IMG/VR virus record: IMGVR_UViG_3300011339_000624
Span: 1-26,549 of that record
Source: a virus
Taxonomy: Duplodnaviria; Caudoviricetes
Length of the DNA: 26,549 bases
Strand: one strand, 5' to 3'
The notes beneath the pieces were generated by a model. That model was not told the DNA's origin and searched no databases. It saw nothing but the letters and a program-made list of their open reading frames with translations. Positions 15,914 through 25,737 of the stretch are shown piece after piece. The number at the start of each line of letters is the position of its first letter. The stretch's first letter is position 1. The translations under genes and the position numbers were made by a program.

Positions 15914-16176
15914 TGGAAACCCAAAAGTTTCTAGGACGTAATCAATTGGTAGATAGACTTGCTGCGCAAGTTGGCGACCGAGATATGGCCGTAGGGCTTT
16001 TAATAAAGAACGGGCTGATGACAGCCGATGGTAAGTTAACTGCCCAAGGCCACGCCCGTAATGCTATGACTGCTGAAGAGCGTGCAGTTGATCGTGCGGT
16101 GAAACGTAGTGGTAAAAGTCACGGGGATTATGTATACAGCCCCAATACTAACCGCGCCACATTACGGAAGAGATAG
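15913..16176 (+). CDS. Hypothetical protein
   Basis: TAATG coupling; abuts the portal gene. Confidence 0.7.
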   Translation: METQKFLGRNQLVDRLAAQVGDRDMAVGLLIKNGLMTADGKLTAQGHARNAMTAEERAVDRAVKRSGKSHGDYVYSPNTNRATLRKR

Positions 16177-16179
16177 TAA

Positions 16180-18597
16180 ATGGCATATCGCAGTAACCGT
16201 AAACCTACCAAGGCCCAAATGGCTAAGAACAACCGTATGTATCAAGACACGGGTGTTCCTAATTCTAATTCGGAAAACGAAGACGGCGAAGATATGTCCG
16301 ACGAAACTTCGATGGAACTTCCTGACGGTACGGAAATTTCTATTGAAGGCCCAGAAATGGAAGACGAGCAGGTAGAAGAACCTGTATCTGAAGAAGACCT
16401 TCAGAATATTATCACCGCCGAAATTGATGATGCGCAAGAATATATCGACGACATCATCTCGCCGCAGCGTGCGCTTGCTGGCCAGTACTATAAAGGCGAA
16501 CCTTTCGGCAACGAAGAAGAAGGCCGTTCGCAGGCTATCTCTATGGATGTACGCGATACTGTACAGGCCATGATGCCGTCGATCATGCGCGTATTCTTTG
16601 CTGCGAACAATGTTGTCGAGTTTGCGCCGAACGGTCCAGAGGATATTGAGAACGCCGCGCAAGCTACAGAGTATGTTAACTACTGCCTGACACGCGACAA
16701 CAACCTTTTCAACGAATGCCATTCAACATTCAAGGACGCGCTGATCCGTAAGAACGGGATCATGAAAGTCTGGTGGAATGACGACAAAGACATCACGACT
16801 CATAAGTTTACTGGCCTAGACGAAGCTACGTTCTCGGTCCTTCAGTCCGATACTACCGTCGAAGTTAAGGACGTAGAGATTACTTACGGCGAAGCGCCAA
16901 TGATGCCGCCAGAGATGGAGGGTATGGTGGACCCAATGGGTATGCCCCCCCCCACGCCCCCACCACCGCCCGCAATGTACGACTGCACCGTTGTTCGTAC
17001 AGTTGAGAAGGGCCGTCTGTGCGTTCAGTCCGTACCGCCAGAAGAGTTTTTGATTGACCGCCGTGCGCGCTCGATTGAGACAGCCGAATTTGTAGCTCAC
17101 CGTCGCTACGTTACGGTATCCGATCTTGTGAAGATGGGCTACGATTTCGATGAGGTCCAAGACCTTGGCTATGAAACGACGGATGACTTTGGCGGTAACG
17201 AAGAAGCATTCGACCGTAACCCGCAAGCCTTTGTTAATATCACAGGCCGCACCGACACGTCCTCGCGTAGAGTTCTTTACATTGAGGGCTATGTGTACGT
17301 TGACATGGACGGCGACGGGATTGCGGAACTTTGCCGCGTCTGCGTTGCTGGCTCGGCTAACAAAGTTCTGCATTGGGAACCTTGCGACTTTATTCCGTTT
17401 GTAGACTTCTGCCCTGATCCTGAGCCACATACCTTCTTTGGCATGTCGATGGCCGACGTGACGATGGACATTCAGCTTATCAAGTCAAACATCCTGCGTA
17501 ACACGCTCGACAGTTTGGCCCAGTCGATTCACCCGCGTACTGGCGTTGTTGAAGGCCAAGTAAACATCGAAGACGTGATGAACACCGAAGTCGGTGGCAT
17601 CATTCGTATGCGTGCGCCTGGTATGGTGCAGCCGTTTACTATTCCTTTTGTTGGCCAGCAAGCGTTCCCGATGTTGCAGTACATGGACGAACTGCGCGAG
17701 AACCGTACAGGTATCTCAAAGGCTGCGGCTGGCTTGGACGCAAACGCGCTTCAGTCTTCGACCCGCGCTGCGGTTGCGGCTACGATCTCTGCTGCGGCGC
17801 AGCATATCGAACTGATCTGCCGTATCTTTGCCGAGACAGGTATGAAGAACCTGTTCCGTAAATCAATGCAGCTTATCTCCAAGAACCAAGACGCGCCCCG
17901 CATGGTCCGTCTGCGCAATAAGTTTGTCCCGATTGACCCGCGTGTATGGGACGCGAATATGGATGTTGTTGTTAACGTCGCTATCGGCGTTGGCAGCAAT
18001 GAAGAGAAGATGGCGTTCTTAGGCCAAGTCGCGCAGAAGCAAGAGATGCTTATGCAGATGGGCGGACCGCTGGCCGACATGCAGGGCTACTACAATACCC
18101 TAGCCCAGATGATGGCATTGGCCGGGTACAAAGACCCGACTGTATTCTTCAACGACCCAGCCACGATGCCGCCCCCCCCTCCACCCGCCCCCCCCCCGCC
18201 GACACCAGAAGAGATGCTGGCCCAGGTTCAGATGGAATCAATCCGCGCTGACATCCAAAAGAAAGCAGCCGATCTTGAATTGCAGCGCGAAGACATGCTG
18301 CGCAAGGACGACCGTGAGCGCGACAAACTTGACGCCGACCTTATGATTAAGGCCGCTGAGATTGAAGCCAAGTACGGCACACCGGTTAACACGGCCAGCA
18401 TTGAAGAAATGATTATGCGTGATCGTGAAATGGTGCGCCAGCAAGAAGAAATGCAGCGCGCCGCTATGCAGGCCCAACAGGATGCGCAGATGGCGCAGGC
18501 CCAGCAGGCCCAGCAGATGGCGCAGGCAGTTCAACAAGCACAGATGCAACCTGAAATGCCGATGCAACCTGAACTCCCCCCAGAAGGTATGGTGTAA
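16180..18597 (+). CDS. Portal protein (P22-like podovirus type)
   Basis: 805 aa after terL, with YYKGEP..NEEEGRSQ, AAQATEYVNY, FKDALIRKNGIMKVWW, VPPEEFLID, ENRTGIS and a coiled-coil C-terminus. Confidence 0.9.
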   Translation: MAYRSNRKPTKAQMAKNNRMYQDTGVPNSNSENEDGEDMSDETSMELPDGTEISIEGPEMEDEQVEEPVSEEDLQNIITAEIDDAQEYIDDIISPQRALAGQYYKGEPFGNEEEGRSQAISMDVRDTVQAMMPSIMRVFFAANNVVEFAPNGPEDIENAAQATEYVNYCLTRDNNLFNECHSTFKDALIRKNGIMKVWWNDDKDITTHKFTGLDEATFSVLQSDTTVEVKDVEITYGEAPMMPPEMEGMVDPMGMPPPTPPPPPAMYDCTVVRTVEKGRLCVQSVPPEEFLIDRRARSIETAEFVAHRRYVTVSDLVKMGYDFDEVQDLGYETTDDFGGNEEAFDRNPQAFVNITGRTDTSSRRVLYIEGYVYVDMDGDGIAELCRVCVAGSANKVLHWEPCDFIPFVDFCPDPEPHTFFGMSMADVTMDIQLIKSNILRNTLDSLAQSIHPRTGVVEGQVNIEDVMNTEVGGIIRMRAPGMVQPFTIPFVGQQAFPMLQYMDELRENRTGISKAAAGLDANALQSSTRAAVAATISAAAQHIELICRIFAETGMKNLFRKSMQLISKNQDAPRMVRLRNKFVPIDPRVWDANMDVVVNVAIGVGSNEEKMAFLGQVAQKQEMLMQMGGPLADMQGYYNTLAQMMALAGYKDPTVFFNDPATMPPPPPPAPPPPTPEEMLAQVQMESIRADIQKKAADLELQREDMLRKDDRERDKLDADLMIKAAEIEAKYGTPVNTASIEEMIMRDREMVRQQEEMQRAAMQAQQDAQMAQAQQAQQMAQAVQQAQMQPEMPMQPELPPEGMV

Positions 18598-20126
18598 TGG
18601 CTATAAACTATAACTTTAACGACCCCGCCCTACAGGGCCTTTTGGGCGCGGCTGGGCCTATCATGGACACGCCCCGTCAGGCGGCGGTTATGCCGATGAC
18701 GCAACAGGCCGTTGCTCCAGATTACCTAAGCATGTTGGCAGGCTTAGACCTAAGCGGTCTAGGCGGCTTTGGCGGCGGTCGTATGGGCGGTGTAATTCAA
18801 GACCCAAACATAGAATATATTACCGCGCCAATATCTAACAAAGGCAACCCTACGGGGAAAATGGGCGGCAATGTTTTTGCAGTGACGCCAAACCAGCCAG
18901 TGCGCCTTGTTGACCTCAACACTAAAACAGTTATCTTTGAGGGCACAGGCGCTGACGCCGCACGCGAGGCGACCCGACTGGGCCAGAGCATAACCGACGA
19001 AAAAGGTCGCAAGGCATCATACGACATTCAAACCGCAGACCCGTCTGGGACGTATGTTACCGTAGCCAATGAGAAAAGAAACAAAAGCGTTCTTGGCAAG
19101 ATTGCGGATGTGGCTCTACCGATTGCCGCTGGCTTTATCCCCGGCGTTGGCCCAGTTCTTGGTGCGGCTCTGGGTTCTGCGGCGTCAAGCGTTGCTCAAG
19201 GGCGCAGTCTAGAAAACACATTGCTCCGCGCCGGATTGTCCGCTGGTGGTTCTGCTCTTGGCGGTCAACTGTTTGGTCAAGTTGCTCCGGGAGCGTCAGC
19301 CCCGATGACCGGTATAAACGCGGACTTAATTCCAAATGCACTTCAAGGTCTTAACTTTGGAAGCCTTGCAAGCGCATCAATCCCTGCTGCCGTTGGTGGC
19401 GCTGCGGGCGACATCCTTGTAAATGCAGCGAGAAACGCCGCGTCTAATGCTATTGGTTCGGCGGCAGGTAGCGCGGCAGGTTCAGTTGCAGCGCAAATAG
19501 GCGCACCAAACCAAAGTAACGTGGTTGATGGTGTTGACCAAGACACAGGTGACATCGTTGTTAGCAAATACCGCCCATTAAGCCCTTCGGGCGGCTTTGA
19601 TCCTATAGCCGCTACGGCTGCGGTAGCCTTTCCTACCGGCTCTATACTTGACAGTTTAGGCCCACTAAATCCACCACCCGCAGACCCCGCGTTGATGGAG
19701 CCTCAAGTAGCCACACCGCAACTTCCTCTTGAAGGCGCTATAGTTCCTACTCTAGGCCCACTAGTCGCCCCGCCATCAACACCGCCAACGGCTCCAGGTA
19801 ATGGTGGCGTTCTCGGCACGGGCCTGAACATACCCCAACTCTTATCCATTGGTGGCGTTGGGGCCGATCTGCTAAAAAGCCTTCTAGCTGGCGGTGGTGA
19901 TACAGGTACAGGCGTGCCATATGTTTCCCCGTTTGGCACGGGCGTAGGTTTCGCGCCTGGCCGCGATATGCGCGTTAATCCAAACATCTTAGATTACGAG
20001 CGGTATGGCTTTGGCCCAGAAGCAATGTTCTTCCGGCCAGAGTATAGCGGTCTTGTGTCTGGCGCTGCGCCTGCCCAAGCCCCGCAAGCCATGACCATCA
20101 ACCCTGCGTACCAGCCGCTAATCTGA
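18597..20126 (+). CDS. Gly/Ala/Pro-rich protein, possible internal virion or ejection protein
   Basis: TAATG and TGATG coupling; glycine-zipper hydrophobic segments (IAAGFIPGVGPVLGAALGSAAS). Confidence 0.55.
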   Translation: MAINYNFNDPALQGLLGAAGPIMDTPRQAAVMPMTQQAVAPDYLSMLAGLDLSGLGGFGGGRMGGVIQDPNIEYITAPISNKGNPTGKMGGNVFAVTPNQPVRLVDLNTKTVIFEGTGADAAREATRLGQSITDEKGRKASYDIQTADPSGTYVTVANEKRNKSVLGKIADVALPIAAGFIPGVGPVLGAALGSAASSVAQGRSLENTLLRAGLSAGGSALGGQLFGQVAPGASAPMTGINADLIPNALQGLNFGSLASASIPAAVGGAAGDILVNAARNAASNAIGSAAGSAAGSVAAQIGAPNQSNVVDGVDQDTGDIVVSKYRPLSPSGGFDPIAATAAVAFPTGSILDSLGPLNPPPADPALMEPQVATPQLPLEGAIVPTLGPLVAPPSTPPTAPGNGGVLGTGLNIPQLLSIGGVGADLLKSLLAGGGDTGTGVPYVSPFGTGVGFAPGRDMRVNPNILDYERYGFGPEAMFFRPEYSGLVSGAAPAQAPQAMTINPAYQPLI

Positions 20127-20356
20127 TGGACCCTATAACAAAAGCAGGCCACGCAAAGCGACTTCTTGAGGATGACATTCTCAAGGGTGCGTTTGCTGAA
20201 GTCGAAAGAGATATTTTTGAAGAGTGGCGCATGTCTGGCTACGCCGACAACGACGCCCGCTCTGACATGTTTCACACGCTCAAAGGACTTGAGCGTTTGA
20301 AAGCCCGCCTACAGGCAATCCTTGACGATGGCTTAGTCGCCAAATCGAGGAGTTAA
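20126..20356 (+). CDS. Small head-module protein
   Basis: Helical 76-aa ORF between the portal region and the scaffold gene, a typical position. Confidence 0.7.
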   Translation: MDPITKAGHAKRLLEDDILKGAFAEVERDIFEEWRMSGYADNDARSDMFHTLKGLERLKARLQAILDDGLVAKSRS

Positions 20357-20378
20357 CATTTATTAAAGAAGGTGCTAT

Positions 20379-21386
20379 ATGACGGAACAAGTCGGCAACC
20401 CCGGTGGGATCGGCCTCCACGAAGCAACATTAGCCATCGACCAACTACTTGGCCCGAATGAGGACAACCAAGATCAGGCCGAGGCGCAAGAGCCTGAAGA
20501 GGCTCAAGACGAACCGGAAGAAACTGAGGCCGAGGATTACTCGGAAGAAGAAGATACCGAAGAGTCTGACCCGTATGAAGAGGACGACACAGAAGAGGTT
20601 ATCGAACAGGAACTTCCTGACGATCTAGTCATCAAGGTAAAAGATGATGGCAAAGAAGTGGAAGTCACCCTTGACGAACTTCGGAAAGGTTATTCTCGTT
20701 ATTCGGATTACACACGGAAAACTCAGGCATTAGCTGAAGAACGCAAGTCGTTCCATAGCGAAGCCGAAGCGATCCGTATGGAACGCGCTCAATACGCGGA
20801 ACTGCTCCCGACGCTTAAAGCGCAGATCGAAGTGCAGTCCGAGGCTGAGCCTGACTGGGACAATCTTTATAACGAAGACCCCATTGAGGCGGCGCGGTTA
20901 GAACGGCATTGGAATAAGTCTCGTCAAGAGCGAGCCGCTAAACTTCAGGCTATTAATACTGAACAGCAGCGGATTGCTGAAGAGATGAGCAAAGAGCAAC
21001 AGCGGGCATTGGCTGACATTGTACAGTCAGAGCGCGCCAAACTCACCGACGTAATTCCTGAATGGAAAGACGAAGGCACAATGCAAAGCGAAGCTAAGGA
21101 ACTTCGTGAATGGGCTATAAACAATGGGTTTAGCGAACGCGACCTAAGTGCACTTGTTCAGGCCACTCACGTTTCAATCCTACGCAAAGCGATGATGTTT
21201 GATAAGGGTTCAAAGAAAGTGGAAAAAGCAAAAGCACAGCCAAAAAGGGTTGCGCGGATTGTTCGCCCAGGTTCTTCTGGTACTCAAACCAACACACGTT
21301 CGACCGATGTAAAGAGGGCTTCCCAGCGCCTTGTGCGTAGTGGCCGCATTTCTGATGCAGCTACTCTTTTGGATAAACTCATTTAA
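20379..21386 (+). CDS. Capsid scaffolding protein
   Basis: Acidic N-terminus, VKDDGKEVEVTLDELRKGYSRYSDYTRKTQALAE, coiled coil; directly precedes the MCP gene. Confidence 0.85.
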   Translation: MTEQVGNPGGIGLHEATLAIDQLLGPNEDNQDQAEAQEPEEAQDEPEETEAEDYSEEEDTEESDPYEEDDTEEVIEQELPDDLVIKVKDDGKEVEVTLDELRKGYSRYSDYTRKTQALAEERKSFHSEAEAIRMERAQYAELLPTLKAQIEVQSEAEPDWDNLYNEDPIEAARLERHWNKSRQERAAKLQAINTEQQRIAEEMSKEQQRALADIVQSERAKLTDVIPEWKDEGTMQSEAKELREWAINNGFSERDLSALVQATHVSILRKAMMFDKGSKKVEKAKAQPKRVARIVRPGSSGTQTNTRSTDVKRASQRLVRSGRISDAATLLDKLI

Positions 21387-21400
21387 TAAGGATATGAACC

Positions 21401-22363
21401 ATGGCTATTGTAGCTAATACATTTACCCGGTACTCCGCTATCGGTATTCGTGAAGACTTGTCGAATGTTATCTATAACATCTCGCCAGAAGAAACTCCGT
21501 TCATCTCGAACATTGGCCGCGAGAGCGTCAAGAACACCTACTACGAATGGCAGACAGATGCTTTGGCTGCGGCCTCAGCTTCTAACGCTGCGCTTGAAGG
21601 TGATGACATTTCCTCGTTCACTGCTGCTGTCCCAACCGCCCGCGTTGGTAACTACACGCAGATCAGCACGAAGAACGTCGTCATCTCCGGCACGCTTGAA
21701 AGCGTCGATAAGGCAGGCCGTCGTTCGGAACTGACCTATCAGCTTGCAAAGCTTGGTTCGGAACTGAAGCGCGACATGGAAGCAGCTTTGCTTGCTAACC
21801 AAGCTGCTGCCGCTGGTAGCACCACGGTTGCCCGTCGTACTGCTGGTCTTCCTGCGTGGTTGACTTCGAACACCTCGACTGGTGTTGGTGGTGCAAACCC
21901 AACTGTTGGCTCGACCCCGACTGCTGCTCGTACCGATGGTACGCAGCGTGCATTCACTGAAGCGTTGCTGAAGACTGTTATCCAGAGCGTCTGGACTTCA
22001 GGTGGCACGCCTAAGATGTTGATGGTTGGTCCATTCAACAAGGTCGCTTCGTCGGCATTCACGGGTATTGCTACTCGCTTCCGTGATGTTCCTGCGGGCC
22101 AACAGGCACAGATCATCGGCGCAGCCGACGTGTATGTGTCTGACTTCGGTACGGTTAACATCGTTCCTAACCGCTTCCAGCGTGACCGTGATGCGTTCAT
22201 CATTGACCCTGATTACGCCTCGTTGGCAGTTCTTCGTCCCATCCAACAGATGGAACTGGCGAAGACCGGCGATGCTGAAAAGCGTTTGATGCTCGTTGAG
22301 TATGGTTTGAAGGTGAACTCGCAAGCAGCCCACGGTATCGTGGCCGACTTGACCACCTCGTAA
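21401..22363 (+). CDS. Major capsid protein (DUF5309-like)
   Basis: GIREDLSNVIYNISPEETPF, EWQTDAL, NYTQI, ELKRDME, YVSDFG, LAKTGDAEK...EYGL; biased codon usage. Confidence 0.92.
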   Translation: MAIVANTFTRYSAIGIREDLSNVIYNISPEETPFISNIGRESVKNTYYEWQTDALAAASASNAALEGDDISSFTAAVPTARVGNYTQISTKNVVISGTLESVDKAGRRSELTYQLAKLGSELKRDMEAALLANQAAAAGSTTVARRTAGLPAWLTSNTSTGVGGANPTVGSTPTAARTDGTQRAFTEALLKTVIQSVWTSGGTPKMLMVGPFNKVASSAFTGIATRFRDVPAGQQAQIIGAADVYVSDFGTVNIVPNRFQRDRDAFIIDPDYASLAVLRPIQQMELAKTGDAEKRLMLVEYGLKVNSQAAHGIVADLTTS

Positions 22364-22373
22364 GCACTAACTG

Positions 22374-22400
22374 GGTGAGGGGGCCAAGCGCCCCCTCATC
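22374..22400 (+). terminator. GC-rich stem-loop after the MCP gene (attenuator or mRNA stabiliser)
   Basis: GGTGAGGGGGC-CAAGC-GCCCCCTCATC, with no U-tract. Confidence 0.55.
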
Positions 22401-22417
22401 TAACTATTGAGGGCTAT

Positions 22418-22723
22418 ATGACAAAACGTCTCATTAACGACGATGCTTTCACAGGCGTCAAAACTTTTTACGATTACGATGCCGGTAAGGACGAAGCAAT
22501 CATCTCGAAAGAGCAAGATGTTTCCGCAATTATTGAGCAGAACAAGCGCGAATTTAACGAAGCGCCGGAACGCTGGGGTGAATGGTCCAAGGTTGGCAGC
22601 ATCCCAATTTCAGTGTATTACGAACTTGAGCGCCAAGGTATTACTAAAGACCAAGAGCGCATGAAGAAATGGTTGAACGATCCTGACAACCTTTACTTCC
22701 GCACAAGGCCGGGGACTGTTTAA
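22418..22723 (+). CDS. Hypothetical head-tail module protein
   Basis: RBS GAGG; QDVSAIIEQNK...VGSIP...KWLNDPDN..FRT pattern typical of genes following this MCP type. Confidence 0.75.
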   Translation: MTKRLINDDAFTGVKTFYDYDAGKDEAIISKEQDVSAIIEQNKREFNEAPERWGEWSKVGSIPISVYYELERQGITKDQERMKKWLNDPDNLYFRTRPGTV

Positions 22724-23343
22724 TGGCAATTACAACGTACTCTGAATTAAAGACCGCCGTAGCTGATTTCCTTAACAGGGACGATCTTACTTCGGCCATT
22801 CCAAATTTCGTTGCATTAGCGGAAGCGTCTTTGAACCGCCGTATGCGCGCTCCTGAAATGGTGACGCGTGCAACGGTGACGGTTGACGCAGAGTACGAGA
22901 CACGTCCGGCTGATTGGCTTGAGACGATCCGGTATCAGATTAATACAAACCCAATCGGTGTTCTTCAGTTTGTTACGCCAGAAGAAGCCAGTATCCAGAA
23001 GACCAAGTTCTCTGCGCCTGGTTCGCCGTTGTTCTTCTCAACTGTTGGTACTCAGTTCCAACATGTACCCGCGCCGGACACGTCTTACTCAGGTGAGTTG
23101 ATGTATTACGCCCGCGTTGCGGGCTTGTCTGACGCGAACACTTCTAACTGGCTTTTAACTGCTAATCCTGATATATACCTCTACGCAACACTTGTTCAGA
23201 GCGCGCCATATTTGAAAGAAGATGAGCGCATTGGTGTTTGGGCTGGTATATTAGACCGCTTGATGGCTGAATACGAAGTTGCAGAGCAGCGGGCCAAGAC
23301 AGGCTCAAGTCGGTTGGTTACTCGGACAAGGACGTTTGGCTAA
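22723..23343 (+). CDS. Head-tail adaptor protein
   Basis: MAITTYSELKTAVADFLNRDDL...SNWLL...PDIYLYATLVQSAPYLKEDER, plus position. Confidence 0.75.
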   Translation: MAITTYSELKTAVADFLNRDDLTSAIPNFVALAEASLNRRMRAPEMVTRATVTVDAEYETRPADWLETIRYQINTNPIGVLQFVTPEEASIQKTKFSAPGSPLFFSTVGTQFQHVPAPDTSYSGELMYYARVAGLSDANTSNWLLTANPDIYLYATLVQSAPYLKEDERIGVWAGILDRLMAEYEVAEQRAKTGSSRLVTRTRTFG

Positions 23344-24206
23344 TGCCTGATACAACAACTTCAAACCTTGGCCTTACCAAACCAGAGATTGGCGCGTCTG
23401 CCGATAGCTGGGGTAATAAGCTAAACGCTGACCTTGATCTAGTCGATGCGCTCTTTGCAGCCGCAGGTACAGGGACAAGCGTCGGCGTTAATGTAGGTGC
23501 GGGCAAGACACTTGCTGTTGCGGGGACGTTGAACGCCACTGGCGCAGTGACTGGCGGTGTTATCGCTCCGCTTGCATCGCCAACATTTACTGGCACGGTT
23601 GTTCTACCTTCGACGACAAGCATCGGCGGCGTTAGCGCAACGGAACTGGTTTACCTCGACGGTGTAACGTCGAACGTCCAGACGCAGCTTGATGCTAAAC
23701 TAGCTATCTCGGCGGCAGCATCGACATACGCGCCCCTCGCCAGCCCAAGCCTGACGGGCGTACCGACTGCCCCTACCGCCGCTGCTTCGACCAGCACAAC
23801 GCAGATCGCTACCACAGCGTTTGTCGATACTAGCTTTGCGAAGCTTGCGTCTCCTGCGTTCACTGGAACGCCGACTGCGCCAACCGCTGCGTTTGGCGCT
23901 AACAACACTACAGTCGCCACAACTGCGTTTGTGCAACAGGTTGCGCTTAACAATCAGCTTCCGTTGCAGGCGGGCAACGCTGGTAAGTTTCTTACTACTG
24001 ATGGGTCCAACGCAAGTTTTGCGACTATCACGATCCCAGCGCAAGTCTACCCAGCCGCTGGCCTTGCCGTCTCAACGGGAACTGCATGGGGAACATCTGT
24101 TGCCCCAGGCACAACCGGGCAGGTGCTAACCAGCGACGGAACCAATTGGGTTTCTGGTTCCGCACCATCCACATCATACACCACACTTATGAAATTCGGT
24201 CTGTAA
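23343..24206 (+). CDS. Tail fibre protein
   Basis: N-terminal TTSNLGLTKPEIGASADSWG anchor, repeated LASP.(F/L)TG.PTAPT...ATTAFV and G..G..LT.DG motifs. Confidence 0.8.
   Translation: MPDTTTSNLGLTKPEIGASADSWGNKLNADLDLVDALFAAAGTGTSVGVNVGAGKTLAVAGTLNATGAVTGGVIAPLASPTFTGTVVLPSTTSIGGVSATELVYLDGVTSNVQTQLDAKLAISAAASTYAPLASPSLTGVPTAPTAAASTSTTQIATTAFVDTSFAKLASPAFTGTPTAPTAAFGANNTTVATTAFVQQVALNNQLPLQAGNAGKFLTTDGSNASFATITIPAQVYPAAGLAVSTGTAWGTSVAPGTTGQVLTSDGTNWVSGSAPSTSYTTLMKFGL
23727..23933 (+). repeat. Tandem ~36-codon tail-fibre repeat
   Basis: YAPLASPSLTGVPTAPTAAASTSTTQIATTAFV and FAKLASPAFTGTPTAPTAAFGANNTTVATTAFV. Confidence 0.8.
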
Positions 24207-24218
24207 GGAAGTTCTGAA

Positions 24219-25463
24219 ATGCCTGATACACTGAAGCAATTCTACAATGCGTCGATTAACGTCACTGGGTTAACCGGGGCGCAGACGGCTACGTTGTTTA
24301 CAAACAACGCAACGACCCGTGCCGTCATCAAGGACATTGATGTTGCGAACACGTTTCCAATAGCGCCAAACCTGACGGTTGGCGGAACACCTACCGCTTC
24401 TCTTAGCGCGAACCTTACTGGTTCTGAAATTGTAGACGTTAGCCAAGCGGTTCAGATTTCGTTTCCGGCTGCTCTTATATATACAGCATCTACACTAGTG
24501 TACCTAAATCCGGGCGTGCAGAGAACCTCAATCACTTATAATATTAGCGGATTCCAGGCGTCTAACGTCATCCTTGATCAAGCTCCACCGTCCCAAGATG
24601 GCGCTGCAACTCATTCACCTGCCCTATATTATGCCACAGATGGCGATGTATTTTCCGTGCAAACAAACGGCGACGCTACTTGGTTTTTGTTTAAGAACGC
24701 AGGTTCCGCAAGTGGAACCCGCACAACTATCAACACTGGCAATACCGCAAATTATTCAGCAATTGCGTTTGATGGTGTAAATACCTTCTATTGGCTTTCA
24801 AGCACAACTAATTTGCGCGCCTTTAACGCAGACACGGAAACAACAACGAACACTGCTATCGCCGCCACAACAACCGCAGCACAGTGGCCGCGTATTGTGC
24901 ATAGTAACGGGTACTTACTGTATGCACACACAAACGGCAATTACCCGTATTTAATTGAAATTTCAACTGGTCGGTGGGTGCAGTGTATTGGAGTCGCAGA
25001 CGATTGGGACCAAGCATCTAGTATACCGGGTTTCTGGTTTGAAACATCCACTCGCGTTGCGACACTGATGTTTTTCAATGGAGCCGGTCCTAATGTATAT
25101 TACCGTTACATAAGCCCTGCAATTCCTGTTTTAACAGCAGCATCGTCATCTTTCTCCAGTACTTGGTCAAGCGGAACTCTAGCAGCAGGTTCCTTTCAAG
25201 GCTCCGCCGCCGCAACTAGCAGCACCCATATTGTGCTATCAAGTGCTGACGGTGGTATTATGCTTCAGGGTACTATTTACCCAGCCACACTATCCGGAAT
25301 ATCTGGCGCTACATCGGGGTGGAGGCTATCAACGGGGCTTAATGCTACTAATGGAGCATTTTGGCGGCCTAGAGCACTTAATAATCTATCCCCAACAATT
25401 AACACCACAAACTTCCCCAACACAATTTCTCTGCGCGTTACCGGCGTAGAAGTAACACCGTAA
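24219..25463 (+). CDS. Putative tail / receptor-binding protein
   Basis: T/S/A/G/N- and aromatic-rich beta-type sequence, nearly free of Lys and Glu, in the tail module; RBS AAGGA. Confidence 0.6.
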   Translation: MPDTLKQFYNASINVTGLTGAQTATLFTNNATTRAVIKDIDVANTFPIAPNLTVGGTPTASLSANLTGSEIVDVSQAVQISFPAALIYTASTLVYLNPGVQRTSITYNISGFQASNVILDQAPPSQDGAATHSPALYYATDGDVFSVQTNGDATWFLFKNAGSASGTRTTINTGNTANYSAIAFDGVNTFYWLSSTTNLRAFNADTETTTNTAIAATTTAAQWPRIVHSNGYLLYAHTNGNYPYLIEISTGRWVQCIGVADDWDQASSIPGFWFETSTRVATLMFFNGAGPNVYYRYISPAIPVLTAASSSFSSTWSSGTLAAGSFQGSAAATSSTHIVLSSADGGIMLQGTIYPATLSGISGATSGWRLSTGLNATNGAFWRPRALNNLSPTINTTNFPNTISLRVTGVEVTP

Positions 25464-25473
25464 GGATTACGTT

Positions 25474-25737
25474 ATGCTTACAAATCCAATTCGAGGAAAA
25501 GCTGGAAAGCAGATTGTCGCCGTATCTCCGGCCAACCCAACGGTAATGTATACCGTTCCTACCGGGAAGTATTGCGAGATAGCGTTAGTACCCGCAAACA
25601 TAACCATTACCGCTAATGGTGTGACTTCAGCAACTACAGTGGCAACCGCAGTGCCGATGGTGCTGCAAGCAGGCACAGTAGTCACGGGTGTATCAAGCTC
25701 CGGTGTAGTCTTTATTGGCACGGAGTATGACGCATGA
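25474..25737 (+). CDS. Small putative virion protein
   Basis: MYTVPTGK...FIGTEY; RBS AAGGA. Confidence 0.6.
   Translation: MLTNPIRGKAGKQIVAVSPANPTVMYTVPTGKYCEIALVPANITITANGVTSATTVATAVPMVLQAGTVVTGVSSSGVVFIGTEYDA

Noticed and set aside
20353-20366. CtrA box upstream of the scaffold gene
   Set aside because: The spacing is TTAA-N6-TTAA rather than the canonical N7.
22340-22420. Programmed frameshift or readthrough extending the major capsid protein
   Set aside because: No slippery heptamer near the stop, and a second in-frame-independent stop follows within a few bases.
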